DNA of 64,000 nucleotides from the human T2T-CHM13v2.0 reference genome, Homo sapiens. Within the stretch, counting starts at the first letter, position 1. Each line of letters starts with the position of its first letter. The stretch lies in the NCBI RefSeq assembly GCF_009914755.1, contig NC_060927.1. One strand, given 5' to 3'. Positions 1 to 13,019 of this stretch are shown here, piece after piece. The translations under genes were made by a program, and so were the position numbers. The notes below the pieces were generated by a model, which did not search any database, was not told the origin of the DNA, and was given only the letters and a program-made list of their open reading frames with translations.

Positions 1-1236
1 TGTTTCTTAAATCTCTTTTCCTATAAAGTATACCCTTCTCCTCCCCCTTCACACCACTGACTTTTTCAAGAAATAAGCGAAGCTGGTGGGATGCTTCACA
101 TTCTAGATTTGTCTGGTTGTATCATCTATTAATTCGTCCCTCTGTCCCCTGTACTTCCTGTAAACTACAAGTTAGATCTAAAAACTTGACTAGATTCACA
201 TTCAATGTTTTTCATAGTTGGTTCTATGCACTTCACATTGCATCTTATCAGGAGTCACATAAAGTCTGATGGTTCCACTTTTATGGGTGAAAATTTGATC
301 AGCAAGTTCAGATCATAAAATCCTGATCTCTCTTTTGTGAAATACTTAATCTGCAAGTCTTCTAATGATTTTGGCACTATTTTTATTAAGAGTTGCAAGT
401 GGTCATTTAAAAATTTTATCATTTCTTCTCTATTTTACTAGCAGGAGTTTTTTTCCATAAAACCAACTTTCCCATATTAACTAGGTTGATTATCCTGAAA
501 TACAGTTCATATGGGCAGGCAAAATAAATTTTTTCTTTTCCTTTAATTATCAATTAGTAACAGAAGGTGTCATGATCCAGCTACCTTCAAGAACGACCAG
601 AGGGTTTTTGGTCCAGTTTGTTTCATTTGTTTGTATTTTGATGCTCAAATTTTCTCATCTTTGGCTAATAAGATCCTTCAGTTTGGCTCCAACGTCCTTT
701 GGACATGACTCTCCTAGCTTTTGATACCTTCCTTGATTTCTGGCTCATCAAGATAATCCACACTCATCTTGTCCATTTCCCACCCCAAATACGAAATCAG
801 CCATTTCTTCAAGTTCTATTTCATTTCTGTGAATAGTGGTATTTAGAAACCATCATCTGGGCTCCAGTGCTCAGTGTTACAAGATTGGTGTTGCTTCAAG
901 GCCTTTTTAGAAGATGTAGTTAGGAAAAATGTTGTAAATGAGAAAAATAAAAGTTAACATTACAGTATTTTAATCTCTTTGATTTTATACCTTTCTCGTT
1001 TCTTTCACACTAACAATCCTGGTAGCCAACAACATTAACATAATGACTTATTTCATTTCCCATCCTATATACACAGAATAGTTTCAAAACAACTATGCCA
1101 ATATGGTTAATAACAGCAGTCCTGCAGAATTCTTTGCAGCTCTTTTTGTCCATAGAATAGATCCCATTAAGGATGTACAGACTAGAAAGTCTAATCTAAT
1201 GTCATGTGAAACATTTATGTTCATCTGTGATTATAT
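1..1236 (-). mobile_element. Old L1 3' region (L1MC4/L1MC5-like), degraded
   Basis: Tract 'ttgatgctcaaattttctcatctttggc...cttcagtttggctcc...ttggacatgac...aaatcagccatttcttcaag' resembles the L1MC4-type 3' end from memory. Boundaries approximate; the element seems to resume briefly after 1460. Confidence 0.55.
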
Positions 1237-1459
1237 CAGGGGTTGACAATTTTTTTTCTGTAAAAACCCAGATGCCAAATATTGTAGGCTTTGCAGGTCA
1301 TCAGTCTCTGTGGCAACTACTGAGCTCTGCAATTGTTGCAGAGAAGCAGCCATAGATAATAAGGAAACCAAGGGGTATGACTGGGTTCCAGTAAAACTTT
1401 GTTTACAAAAATGGGCATCAGATCTGTTTGGTCCTACAGACTGTAATTTGCCAACTCTC
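1237..1459 (+). mobile_element. MER58A (hAT-Charlie non-autonomous DNA transposon)
   Basis: Starts 'caggggttgacaa', internal 'aaatattgtaggctttgcagg...gcaactactgagctctgc...agcagccatag...ttccagtaaaactttg', ends 'tttgccaactctc'; ~220 bp. Confidence 0.85.
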
Positions 1460-2727
1460 ATATTATGTCACCAATTTGATACACAATTAGGTATATTTGT
1501 TTTATTCGTTTTTGACATTTGGAGAACAAACTTTTGATTTTCCTTTATTCATGTATTTACTCATTTATCTTTACTTTTTTGTCATGTAAGGGTGAAGTTA
1601 TATAAGTTTCATGGGAAATTTTGATTTAGGTGACCTACAGACTAATTTTGAGAAATACTGCCCTAAAATGAAGGCAGAGCCCCAGACCTGGAGAACAATT
1701 ATAAACCTGGAGTCAATTGTCAGCTAAATACTGTCATTTGAAAGATATTAGAGAGGTGCTCATACCTCGAACCTAGTCTTAATATTCTTACTAGTTGTCA
1801 CTTTCTTCTATTATATCACCTATTACATTTGGTAAAATGCAAATAGTTCTTGAGTAACTATTTAGACATTATTAGCCATGATTTGTTTATCAATTTGCTG
1901 TAGAGATTTAGAGATGAGGCAAAACAGAGATGGAGGAGATTGGTGGAGGAAAGCAAGGGAGATGGATCCACAGGGGAACAACATGGAAGGCTGAGTACCT
2001 AAAGGAGGTAAGCAACTAAATGCATTGGGTATTTTAGGAAAGTAAGGAGGAACATGAACAAGGAGTACCTGACTACTAAATGAAACTAGGTCCACTGAAA
2101 TCAGGAACTACCATGCTTTTCTTCACTGCTACTAAATAACAACATCTGGATATTATTTATCTGATTCATTTTACCAGTTTGATATTTTAAAGGGCAAAGT
2201 GTGAAGTACCTGGCAAGTGTGATGCTAGACTTCAATACAAGCACCTTGTCACCTTTTGTTTAATGCCCAGCTTGCTGCAAGCGTTTGAGTTTTCAGCCCC
2301 TGCTTAGCACGTTGGTAGGATTAGACAGTAGGGAGACTTGGACCCCCCAGGCCAAGGTATTATATGGGAGAAGGAGAAGAAGAAAAGGCCAAAATATCAG
2401 GGAGACATCACAAGATACACTCTGCCACTTTCCAAATTTGCCTTGCTTCAATTTTGCTGGGATGCACTTTGTACTGTGAACAATTAAAGTATATTATAAT
2501 ATTCAACTTGAGCATCTAGTCTCAAGCTTGATACCTAAAAGTAAAAATGATATAAACAAGTACTTATTAGAATTTCCATAGTAACAGCAGAGATCGGGGG
2601 GAAAACACAATAACAGGAAACTTGAGAAAATATCACCTGTTACAACTTTTAATAAGTTGCCTTTTAAAAAATTTTTGAAACTCAAAGTAGCATAATTAAA
2701 GTGTTTTGATCTTACAATAATACACAC

Positions 2728-2846
2728 CTGGGTCTCTAATACTTACTGTGTGACCCTGAACAAGTCACATAAACGTTTTGAGCCCCAGATTCCCCATTTA
2801 TAAAATCGAGATGATAATATTTCTTTTTCAGGCTTATTAGGGATTT
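2728..2846 (+). mobile_element. MIR SINE fragment
   Basis: MIR core 'tgtgtgaccctgaacaagtcacataa...gagccccagattccccatttataaaat'. Confidence 0.75.
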
Positions 2847-2877
2847 CTTAGTCCTCTTTTAAACATTTATTGAATGC

Positions 2878-3431
2878 TGAAAGAGATCAGAATATGCCAC
2901 TCCAAAATATGCCACTGTGGTGTATGAATTGTTTTGAGCTGAAGGCAACTGAAAATCAACAGATGCAGAAAGAAACATTTTCAGGGCTTTCCTTATCTGA
3001 CTAAAAGCAGAAACTTCTGAGAAATGAGGATTGCCATTAATCTTGTCGGGCTGGGGTTGGGGGTGGTTTGGCCACAAACCAGATGGAAAAGTTAGCACCA
3101 ACATGAATCTTCACTAAGAAATCTTACTAAATTATCCTGTCTTCCATTCATTTCCCCTGTTATTAACTTTCCCACAATGTGCTGCCCCTAGAGCTCAACC
3201 TCTGCTTTTCTTTGTCTAGTCACTTCACAATTTATCACTCTTTGTTAAAATGGTATATAAGCACTGAGTCAGCTTCTTTGGGTTTTCATTTCCTTTATGT
3301 AGAGGCCTCATGTATGTAAAATTAAAGTTTGTATGCTCTGTCTCCTGTTAATCTATCATTTAACAGTTCAATTCACAGTCCTCAGACGCTTAACCTAAGA
3401 AGAAAGAAGAAAAGCTCTCTCCTCCCCCACA
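2878..3431 (+). mobile_element. ERV1 solo LTR, MER34/MER39-like
   Basis: TG...CA termini ('tgaaagagatcagaatatgccactccaaaatatgcc' ... 'ctcctcccccaca'); near-matching 4-bp flanks atgc/atgt; appears to interrupt an L2 tail. Confidence 0.75.
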
Positions 3432-3804
3432 ATGTCAACACTATTAATGAATGTCAGATATTGCTAGAGACTCAGGGTACAGGATGAATTGGGTTATGTT
3501 TTTTTCCTTTCAGGAAAAGATCTATTGAATATAGGATACCTGGATGGAGTCTTAAAAGGTGATTCAGTATTCAGTGACACAGAAATGTGGGGGTGGAATA
3601 CAGGGCTATTCCATGTGGAGGACCGCGCTTAAGTGATTACATTGAGGTAAAAAAAATAGCATCAAATGAGCTTCAAGTGCTTGGTATATGATAGGTGCTC
3701 AGTAGACATTCTTTTTCCTCTTTTGTGCCTTCTTCTCTAGAAATAAACCCAGTTCATGCCATAAGTACTATTTTAAAAAATCAAGAAGGTCCTATAAGTG
3801 CTCA

Positions 3805-3970
3805 GCTACTCCAGGTGTGGTCTATGGACAAGAAGCCTTGGCATTACCTGGGAGCAAATTAGCAATGCAGCATCTCAAGCCCCCATTGCAGACCTGCTAC
3901 ATTAGAATCTGCAGTTTAACAAGATTACCAGGTGATCTATATGCACATTAAGGTTTGAGAAGCATTGCTA
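3805..3970. mobile_element. MER5-type DNA transposon (hAT-Charlie)
   Basis: 'gcattacctgggagc...ttagcaatgcag...agaatctgcagtttaacaagattaccaggtgat...gcacattaaggtttgagaagcattgc'. Confidence 0.8.
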
Positions 3971-4724
3971 GGGGATAAGGTATAGGAATAATTTCTCTGG
4001 TAGGTGGAAGGATGGTTCCAGAAAGCAGAGAGGTTTGTGGAGAGCTCCTAAAATGTGACGGTTGCAGTAGCAGTGAGGTAAGGAAGGGTAGGGCATTTGC
4101 ACATGATATGGGATGGTTGATTAAGAGCTGCTACTTGCTGCGGATTTACCTCCAGGTGTCCTTTATCCTCAGTAATGTCTCTTTTCACTAAGTAGCCTAT
4201 TTTCTCCTTGTTGGTCTTGTTCTTAACCTGACTTCCATTTCAGACAAATGTCTTATGGCAATTTAGGAAGCACATTCTTGATGCAAATGATAAAAGGCTC
4301 AAATTAGAAGTCCAGGCCTTCTTTAAACAAGATTAACCAGCTCCTGCCAGAAGTTGAAAACTGTTAAATTAAGTTTCTTAGTAGGGCCTGCTGAGCTTCT
4401 TTTCAACCCCTTCTTAGCACCACAGCAGCGTGGAACTCCCAGAGATAAAACCCAGTTTTCATGCAAGGAAATTGCTAAAACCTACAGTTTGAGGATGCAG
4501 GAGCAAGTGCCTCGCCTTTGAACAAGGTAGAAGGAGAGAGAAATAAACTACCACTTCCCGTAGTGCTAAGGGACTGTGGGGAACTTGTACATATACAATC
4601 CTTGCCTTGGCAAGTATCTGCTAACTCTGGGCTAGACTTTTTTTTTTTTTTTTTAACACATTTCACTCTTCCTGCACTCCTCATTTATGCAATTTAAATA
4701 ATCACGTAAAAATTAGGTAGGTAA

Positions 4725-5297
4725 TGTTAGGGAGGAAAAGTTTTTTCTCTACCCACTTCAGTTCAGCACTTGGAGGAGTGCAAATTAAACTGACAAAAGA
4801 TTAACAGGAAAAAATAGACTAGGTTTATTCACATACATTTATTCAGGAGCTTACAGAAAATATGGCTCAAAGAAGCAGTTATAATTTGGGGCTTATATAC
4901 CATCTTAATAGGAGAATGGGAGGGAGAGAAAAGGCACTTATGGAAAAATGAATGACTCGGCACAGATAAATTGGCCCTTAGGAGAACAGATGGGAAGTAT
5001 GACAGTTTTATGGTAATGTTAGTTCATGTGATTTATCTGGTGATAGGAATCAATCCCACCCCCTCACCCCCCACAAATAATAGGAATCAATTCTTCCCCT
5101 ACCCCATGTAGGAAAGCCTCTTTTGAAGGAGAATCTATGGCAGTTGAATTCTTTTGAAAGGCTCTGCTTTTTCAGGCAGATAAGGGCAAGGTGGGGGTGG
5201 GGGTGTCAGGCAAAGCCTCCTTCTGCATATGTTGATTCTCAAATGTCTTGAGCTCAAAATAATTTTATCCCATAGTGGTATATTCCAGATCCCTTCA
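4725..5297 (-). mobile_element. ERV1 solo LTR, MER34-like
   Basis: Reverse complement begins 'tgaagggatctggaatataccac' and ends 'cttttcctccctaaca', the same architecture as 2878-3431. Confidence 0.7.
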
Positions 5298-5299
5298 CT

Positions 5300-5920
5300 C
5301 ATTAAGAAAATAAGGGGACATATAAAGAACATACATGCTGTCTCTAACACACACACACAATCTCCCACTATTGCCCCAAACTGGAAATGACTATTAACAT
5401 TTTGATTTACTTGTTTTTCAATCCCCTTTCTGTTCATTTTTTTGGCACATGGTTGAGATTATAATACATAACCAGTTTTGGTTCTTACTTTTTCAACTTA
5501 ACATTTTCGACTTAACATTTAAGAAGTGTATATGAGAAAAACTTTTTAAAATTTAAAATTATGAAATCTTTCAAACATAAACTGAAGTTCAGAAAATAAT
5601 ATAACAACCACCTGGGAACCCATTGCCAGGATTTAAGAGATGTTAACATTTTACTATATTTGCTTTGAATTACTCTGAAAAGAATATGTCACAAACGCAG
5701 TTAGGGCCTCTACTCACTTCCTCAAGCCTTGTTACAATCACTTCTATTCAAGGGTCACCACTGTCCTGAGACCGGTACATTTTATTTTCAGGTCTATTTT
5801 TAACTTTTGTCAATAATACATACTAATATTTGGTAAGATTTTAAATTTTACATAAATGGTATCATGTTGTATATATCCTTTTGCAACTTTCTTTTTATCA
5901 TTCAATATTAGGTCACCTTG
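5300..5920 (-). mobile_element. Degraded old L1 (L1ME-like) 3' fragments
   Basis: 'aaatctttcaaacataaactgaag...aataatataacaacc', 'ttttacataaatggtatcatgttgtatatatccttttgcaactt'. Confidence 0.5.
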
Positions 5921-6158
5921 GAAAAAAATAGTCTTTTTTCCATTTAATTATACAAATGGAAAGTAGGTATCTTGTTCTGTTGGAAAATGTTTTAGCTTTA
6001 CCAGGGCCGAGAGCTTAGAGCTAGCGGCAGTGGAGTTAGGAGGTACATCACATGATGTGTTTATTTGAATCCATTAATTGATAAAGAACTCAAGGAACAT
6101 TCTGGAAGAAATAGCTGCAAGGTCAAGACCCCATTTCTCTTAAGTTTTGAGTTGTATA

Positions 6159-6545
6159 TGTAGGGGAGTAAAGGTAATCTTTTCTTCCTCACTCATCACA
6201 AGCTTTATGGGTTAGACCCCCATAAGAAAAGACAGATTAACAAAAGAAAAGCATAACAAATTTGTTTTAAAGGTTTTGTATTACATGGGAACCTTCACAA
6301 ATGAAGACCCAAAGACTCAGGGAAAACTGTGTTTTTATGAACTGTGGTACAGAAGCGTGAGGAGGAGGACAAAAGGGTGTGATTCAATGGTAACATACTG
6401 GGGAAAACTCAGCAAGACCTGCTTGTTCAAAGTTTTCTTGGCCTCTAGGTATCAGGCAGGATCCCTTTGGGATGAGGGTCTTATGACTTATTTTCAGGGG
6501 AGGTAGGTCAGAGAATTCTTTTATGGCCTGCTTCAGGGAAACGTC
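6159..6545 (-). mobile_element. ERV1 LTR fragment (MER34/LTR29/LTR48 group), truncated
   Basis: Starts 'tgtaggggagtaaagg'; 'aaaagacagattaacaaaagaaaagcataacaaattt' and 'aaatgaagacccaaag' are typical of this group. The other terminus is missing. Confidence 0.65.
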
Positions 6546-6557
6546 ATGCTTATTTGG

Positions 6558-6570
6558 TTTTCTTTTTTCT

Positions 6571-6602
<32 letters not shown>

Positions 6603-6793
6603 TTTTGAGACAGAGTCTTGCTCTGTTGCCCAGGCTGGAGTGCAATGGTTCACTGCAACATCCACCTCCCAGGTTCAAGCGATTCTCCTGCCTCAGCCTC
6701 CTGAGCAGCTGGTATTACAGGTGCCCGCCATCATGTCTGGCTAATTTTTGTATTTTTTAGCAGAGACGGAGTTTCACCATGTTAGTCAGGCTC
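6558..6793 (-). mobile_element. AluS, 5'-truncated
   Basis: T-rich tail, then 'gagacagagtcttgctctgttgcccaggctggagtgca...'; stops in the left arm at 'gttagtcaggctc'; small internal deletion; no TSD found. Confidence 0.95.
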
Positions 6794-8438
6794 TGCTGAA
6801 GTCTTGAACCACTCAAAGTCATTCACAAGGCTTGGAATAAACTTTTTCCAAACTCCTTTTAATGTTGACATTTTGACCTTCTCTCATAGATCACAAATGT
6901 ACTTACCGGCATCTAGAATGGTAAATCCTTTCCGTTAGATTTTCAATTTACTTTGTCCAGATCTATCAGAGTAATCACTCTTTATGGAAGCTATAGTTTT
7001 ACAAAATATAATTCTTACATAATAAAACTTAAGTCAAAATTATTTCTTGATCTATAGGCTGCAGAATAGATGTTGTGTTAGCAGGCATGAAAACAACACT
7101 AATCCCCTTGTACATCTCTATCAGAGCCCTTGGGTGACCAGGTGCAATGTCAATGAGCAGTAATATTTTGAAAGGATTATTTTTTTTTCTTAGCAATGGG
7201 TCTCAATGGTGGGTTTCAAATATTCAGTAAACCATGCTGTAAACAGATGTGCTCTCATCCAGGCTTTGTTGTTCCATTTATAGAGCACAGGCAGAGTAGA
7301 TTTAGCATAATTTCTAAGGGCTCTAGGATTTTCAGAATGGCAAATGAACATTGGCTGCAACTTAAAGTCATCAGTTGCATTAGCCCCTAACAAGAGAATC
7401 AGCCCATCCTTTGAAGCTCTGAAGCCAGGAATTGACTTCTCTCTAGGTATGAAAGAACCGATAGCATCTGCTTCCCATAGAAGGCTGCAGTGAAAATCTG
7501 TTGCTTAGTGCAGCCATCTTCATCAATGAACTTAGATAGGTCTTCTCAGTAACTTGCTACAGCTTCTACATCAGCACATGCTGCTTCATCTTGCCCTTTT
7601 ATGTTATGGAAATGGCTTCTTTCCTTAAACGTAATGAACTAACCTCTGCTAGCTTCCAACTTTTCTCCTGCAGCTTTCTCACCTCTTTGCCTTCATAAAT
7701 GGCGTTAAAGTCTTGTTTTCGATTAGGCCTTGGTTTAAGGGAATGTGCTGGTTTGATCTATCCAGACCACTAAAACTTTCTCCATACAAGCAATAAGGCT
7801 ATTTTACTTTCTTATTCATGTGTTTACTGGAGAAGCACTTTTAATTTCCCTCAAGAGCTTTTCCTTTGCATTCTCAACTTAGCTAACTGTGTGGTGCAAG
7901 AGGCCTAGATTCTGGCCAGTCTTGGCTTTCAACATCGCTTCTTTAAGCTTAATCATTTCTAGCTTTCGATTGAAAGTGAAAGATATGCAACTCTTCCTTT
8001 TACCTGAAGATTTAGAGGCTCTTGTAGGGTTATTAATTGTCCTAATTTCAGTATTTTTGTGTCTCATGAAATAAGGAGGCCTGAGGAGAGGGAGAGAAAC
8101 AGGAGAATGGCCAGTAAGTGGAGCATTCAGAACACATATGATATTTATCAATTAAGTTCACTGTCTTATATGGGCATGGTTCACAGCACCCCACAACAAT
8201 TACATAGTAACATCAAAGACCACTGGTCACAGATCATCATAACAAATATAATGATGATTCTTGAAATATTTTGGTAACATAAAAATTACCAAAATGCGAC
8301 ACAGAAACATGAAGTGAGCACATGCTGTTGGAAAAACTGACTTTCTTGATGCAGAATTGCCACAAACCTTCAATTTGTAAAAAGTGCAATATCTGAGAAG
8401 CTCAATAAAGCAAAGTGTAATATAATGAGGTATACCTG
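6794..8438 (-). mobile_element. Tigger1 DNA transposon (TcMar-Tigger), 3'-truncated, dead transposase
   Basis: TIR-like end 'caggtatacctc' on the minus strand at 8438. ORF fragments 'ASKSSGKRKSCISFTFNRKLEMIKL' (7879..8151) and '[44 protein letters not shown]' (7190..7393) match Tigger1/pogo transposase. Confidence 0.95.
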
Positions 8439-8463
8439 CATATCATAATTTCAAGAAAAGTTT

Positions 8464-8773
8464 CGTTTTTTTGTTTGTTTGTTTGTTTTTGAGATGGAGT
8501 CTCGTTCTGTCACCCAGGCTGGAGTGCAGTGGTGCAATCTCAGCTCACTACAACTTCTGCCACCCTGGTTCAAGTGATTCTCCTGCCTCAGCCTCCTGAG
8601 TGGCTGGGATTACAGGCACACACCACCATGCCTGGCTAATTTTTTGTATTTTTAGTAGAGATGGGGTTTTGCCATGTTAGCTGGATTGGTCTCAAACTCC
8701 TGACCTCAGGTGATCCACTTGCCTTGGCCTCCCAAAGTGCTTGGATTACAGGCATGAGCCACTGCACCCAGCC
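8464..8773 (-). mobile_element. AluSx-like, full length
   Basis: Complete dimer; TSD 'caagaaaagttt' at 8452-8463 and 8774-8785; (TTTG)n tail. Confidence 0.97.
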
Positions 8774-11700
8774 CAAGAAAAGTTTTTTAAAGAGTAATTT
8801 TATATTGTATTTCAAGCTGGTGAAGTGAAACCTACATATGAATGATTGTTAAAGTCTTAAATGTATTTATCAGAGCCCAGTGCTTCTAGCTGAAGATTCA
8901 GGACACATCTTCATTTTTCTACTTGATGCAGCTCATTCTCATAACCTAACCATTTTCTAAATTTTCTCTCAACAGAAATAATGTTACTTCACTTCTCCAC
9001 ACACTCTCTCCTCTAGCCTTCTCTGCATTTTTATTAGAAAATGCTAGAAATCTGTTAAAAGAGATGATCAAGCATGGATGGGAATGAAGGCATTCTCAAT
9101 CTCCAGGACAACGACTTTAGGGCAAATTGATAGATTTGAGAGCAGATGGTACCCACCACACATGCCTTTCCCAAGGGAAATGAGGCCCAGCCTTTGGCAT
9201 TGTCGCATCTATATTTAGCAGCCTGAATTTGCCTCATTGAGGTCTCGATGTGCACTTTACAAAGTGTCTTGGTACTGCTCACAATAGAGAAGTATCAAAC
9301 CAAGAATATTCCTTTCAGCCACAGGGCCCTGCTTTCCACTGGACATGGCATATTCCCATGGCATGCCTTCATTTTTGCTCTGTGTGTGCATTTTTACCCT
9401 TTTCTTCCCTCTAATACTCTCCCTTATGTAGTTTTTTAAGGCAGGCTCTTTGGATCACTTAATTCTGTTCCAAAACTTGCCTCTGTCCTGCCGACAACTC
9501 CAAACTTTTCCCATTAAATTCCTGTTGGTTAAACACTTTTCTTGTCAAGTCCTCACTAAAAGATTTCAAATCCAGCTGAAAGAATTCCTTTGACTGCATA
9601 GAGAACTACTTCCTTCCCTGATACAACATGGGTCCAACGGCAATAGCCAGTGCCTATTTTAGGTGGGCTGCAGACCTTGAAACTTTCCAAATGTAAAATG
9701 TACCTAGATACAAGGATTTCTATGTATTACTAGAAAAAGTATGCCCTAGTAATACCCTTTGTTCTTTGCAGCATGACACCTAAATTACTTTATTCCAGCA
9801 TAGTGCCTGACACATAAAATATGTTCAATATATGATGCAGAAGGAAAGAGAAAGAAAAACAGTAAGAAAGGGTGGAAGGGCAACATGAGACTAAGTATCT
9901 CTTTGTAGTCCAGAAGTCTCTTTTGCTTTTTTCAAAATTAACTTCTTTGGCAAAATATTCTGTAAAATAATTATTCTAAAATCAAAAAGAAAACCCACAT
10001 ATTACAGCCTCTTCTTGGATATTTGCACATGACACTATTAAAAGTGCTGGGAAGTCCTGCATCAGAGAAACATGTTTGATTCTGTTTCTTCCAGAGTATT
10101 CCATGGAATTCTCCTCTATGAATCCTTTTATTATAATCTATTCACATCCTACAGGACCAGTGTCTGTCAGAGGACACTTTGGCAAATGTAGCTTTAACTC
10201 AACTAGATATGATTTAGAGACTGCCAATGTAAACTGTTCCCTGCAAAGAGCTTCTGAAACCATAATTATCAACTACATAAATGCCTCTGAGCCTGCACCA
10301 GGATCATCCTGATTAAAATACTTGCTCATATGAAGTTAAGAGCATATGAACTATTATACTATAAATTTTGTGCATCCTAAATATACCCTGAGCCTTTGTT
10401 GGGAGGATGCTGTTGAGGATGCTGGCAGCTAAAGTCATGCCAGGCAGTATGGTTACAGTCAATGGGTGTGTAATGTTCCATTCTGGGGGTCATTAAAAAT
10501 GAACCACATGATTGAGAGACACATTTATTTTTGTATCGTATGATCCTGGCATTCAGTTCCATTCTGCGTCATGAATTTAACACAGCCAAACAAAGCATTG
10601 ATTACTCCCTTCAAATTCAGTTGGAGCCTGCCATGTTTAATGAGAGGGAAGCAAGAGATTATTGAGACCACAGTTTGCCAATGTCAGTTAGCCAATGATA
10701 AAGGCAATCTGAGCCTATATTACACAAAAAAGAATGGAAAGTTGGCCTGCTTGTGGTGTCCCTCATGCCACTGGGAGGGAGGCAAGTATATGACTTCTCA
10801 GATTTTTTTTTTTGTCACCAGATGAATAGTCTACCTGTTACCTCAGTGTGAGGATGGACTGACATCTAGTGGATAACCAGGTGATTGATATTTTTGTTAT
10901 AAATTGCACTGTAGAAATGAGTAAGCTGCATAACAACGGTACTTGAGAAGGTAGAGTTTAAATAAAATTTGAATTATAAATATAGACTTTTTCCTCATGG
11001 TTGAGACCAGTTAATTAAATTTGTATTTAAAGTTAATATTATATTTTGAAGATGTTTCCCATTAACAATACTGTCCCATTGTCTTATGAAATAGTGGTCC
11101 ATAATTAGACACCTACCAAAATTAACAACTATATATGTAAAGACAAATAACATAATGCCAGAAACACCCAAAAGATGGCATGGAAGGATTTTTATTTTAT
11201 ACATTTTTGGAAAAGAAAAATGTCTATTTCTCAAACACACATGCGTCAGTAGATTGTAGCCACCTGCCAGTAAGGAATTTAAGAATTTTAAGAAATTTGG
11301 CTAATAATTTACAAAGCTGAGTACAGTTGTCTCATGTGCTACTCTGATGGGGGAGAGAAGGGCAAAAGATAAGGTTTATGTGTCCAGTTTCCCTTGTATC
11401 ATTGGTCAAGAGCATCTGTGATATTGATCTTACTTTTCTGGTTTATTGAATGATACCTTGTAGGAAGTAATTAGTGTTAAGATGTGAGGAGAAAAAGAGA
11501 CAACATCTGTCTCTTCAATTCTTGAAGTGTGAACCAACTGAGAAATAAATTAAAGAAGTAAATTAGACAAAGATTTAAAAATACAAGTTTTATGCTTGGT
11601 AAAGCAGATTGAAGAATGCTGTTCAAACTCTGCCCAACATAGATCTTTCTAATACTGCCTTTTCCTCCTGGATTAAATGTATTCTGAAATAATTACAGTG

Positions 11701-11959
11701 CTTCTGTCCAGTTCTTATCTAGTGTCTATGTTCTCCAGAATTGTATGAATTTCTAACAACCTCTATATTTATCCTTCTCTAATATACAGTGGTAAAACAT
11801 TATCAAAAACTTGGAAATAAGGTAAAGGGAAAGTAGGGTGTTTTCTCAATGCCATACTAGAATTTTGCTGAATAGGCCTACACAAAGGATTGTTTAATTT
11901 TCTAGGAGAATGTATCTGTTTTTGACTTACTACACATATGTTAATTTGTAGAATTTTGT

Positions 11960-12520
11960 ACTGAAAGATTGAATATACAAATAGAAAGTTGCCAGACCAT
12001 ATATAAAAATAGACCTCTGATCCATAGCCTGCAAAAATCATCCCCGGAAACCAACCCATAATCTATAGGAAGCCAGCCTACTTCTGACTTATAGCCAGCC
12101 TGATTTACAGGAAATCAGACCACCATCTCTAGTAACCATCCAGGAAGCCAAAAAATAGCCCCTGTAACAATTGGCCCAAAATGGGTAGGACTAGATTAAT
12201 AACTGACAGTTTCTTTAATTTCTGTTTCTGTTTTCAACTTAGTACTAGCCAGAGAAAGCCAAATATGCATCCCAACCAATCACATGGGATGCACCATTTC
12301 TAGTTAGCCTGCCTTCAGCTCCCCCATGACAGCAGCCTTCAATCAGAGTACCCCCAAAGCCTTCCCTTTTTACCACTATAAATAAGATTTTTCCTCTGCC
12401 TGCCTTTGAGTCTCTTCCAAAATACAAGTAATAGTGGCTGACTCCCTTGCTCAGCAAACTGTGAACAGTAGCCTTTGTTTCTTCTCATTTTGCTTGTTGT
12501 CATTTACTTCCATCTTCCAC
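11960..12520 (+). mobile_element. ERV1 solo LTR, MER31-like
   Basis: 'gccagaccatatataaaaatagacctctga', CCAAT box 'accaatcacatgggatgc' and TATA-like 'actataaataag'; boundaries approximate. Confidence 0.65.
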
Positions 12521-13019
12521 TAGAAAAGAGAACCTTAAAAGTTAATGTTTATTGCCCCATAGAACATTAACCAGTTTTCTATATAGCCTAGCAATCTTAT
12601 TTTAACATTTTTTTTTGCTAGTGTCTAGAAATAACTGTTCCTCATATATTCTTGGAACCAGTTTTACTATCTCACTTGTTCTCTCATTAATAGGTTGACT
12701 AAATTGCTGACAAGTAGACGTTCTACATTTGCATGGCAATTATGCTTTTAACTCTTTGAAAATTACACATCGACAACAGAAAAGAAACAGAATGCCTGTG
12801 AGCATCTAAGAAGAAATTCATGTCTATATTTTACCTGTATTAAAAGCTGTGTTAACAGAGGAAACTGGATACTTATTAGGTCTACAAGGTGTCTTCAATT
12901 TATTTTAATGTTGTAAAATTGCTGTGCCATAGTTATTTGTTGAAGAGATTTACCAAACTTTCTCAGATCATGGTCTATTCGGAATTACATAGCTCCGAGT
13001 GACCCAACTTGAAACTTAT

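Noticed and set aside
6794-8438. Domesticated transposase gene (TIGD1-like)
   Set aside because: The reading frame is broken into short pieces and the 3' part is missing; this is an ordinary decayed Tigger1 copy.
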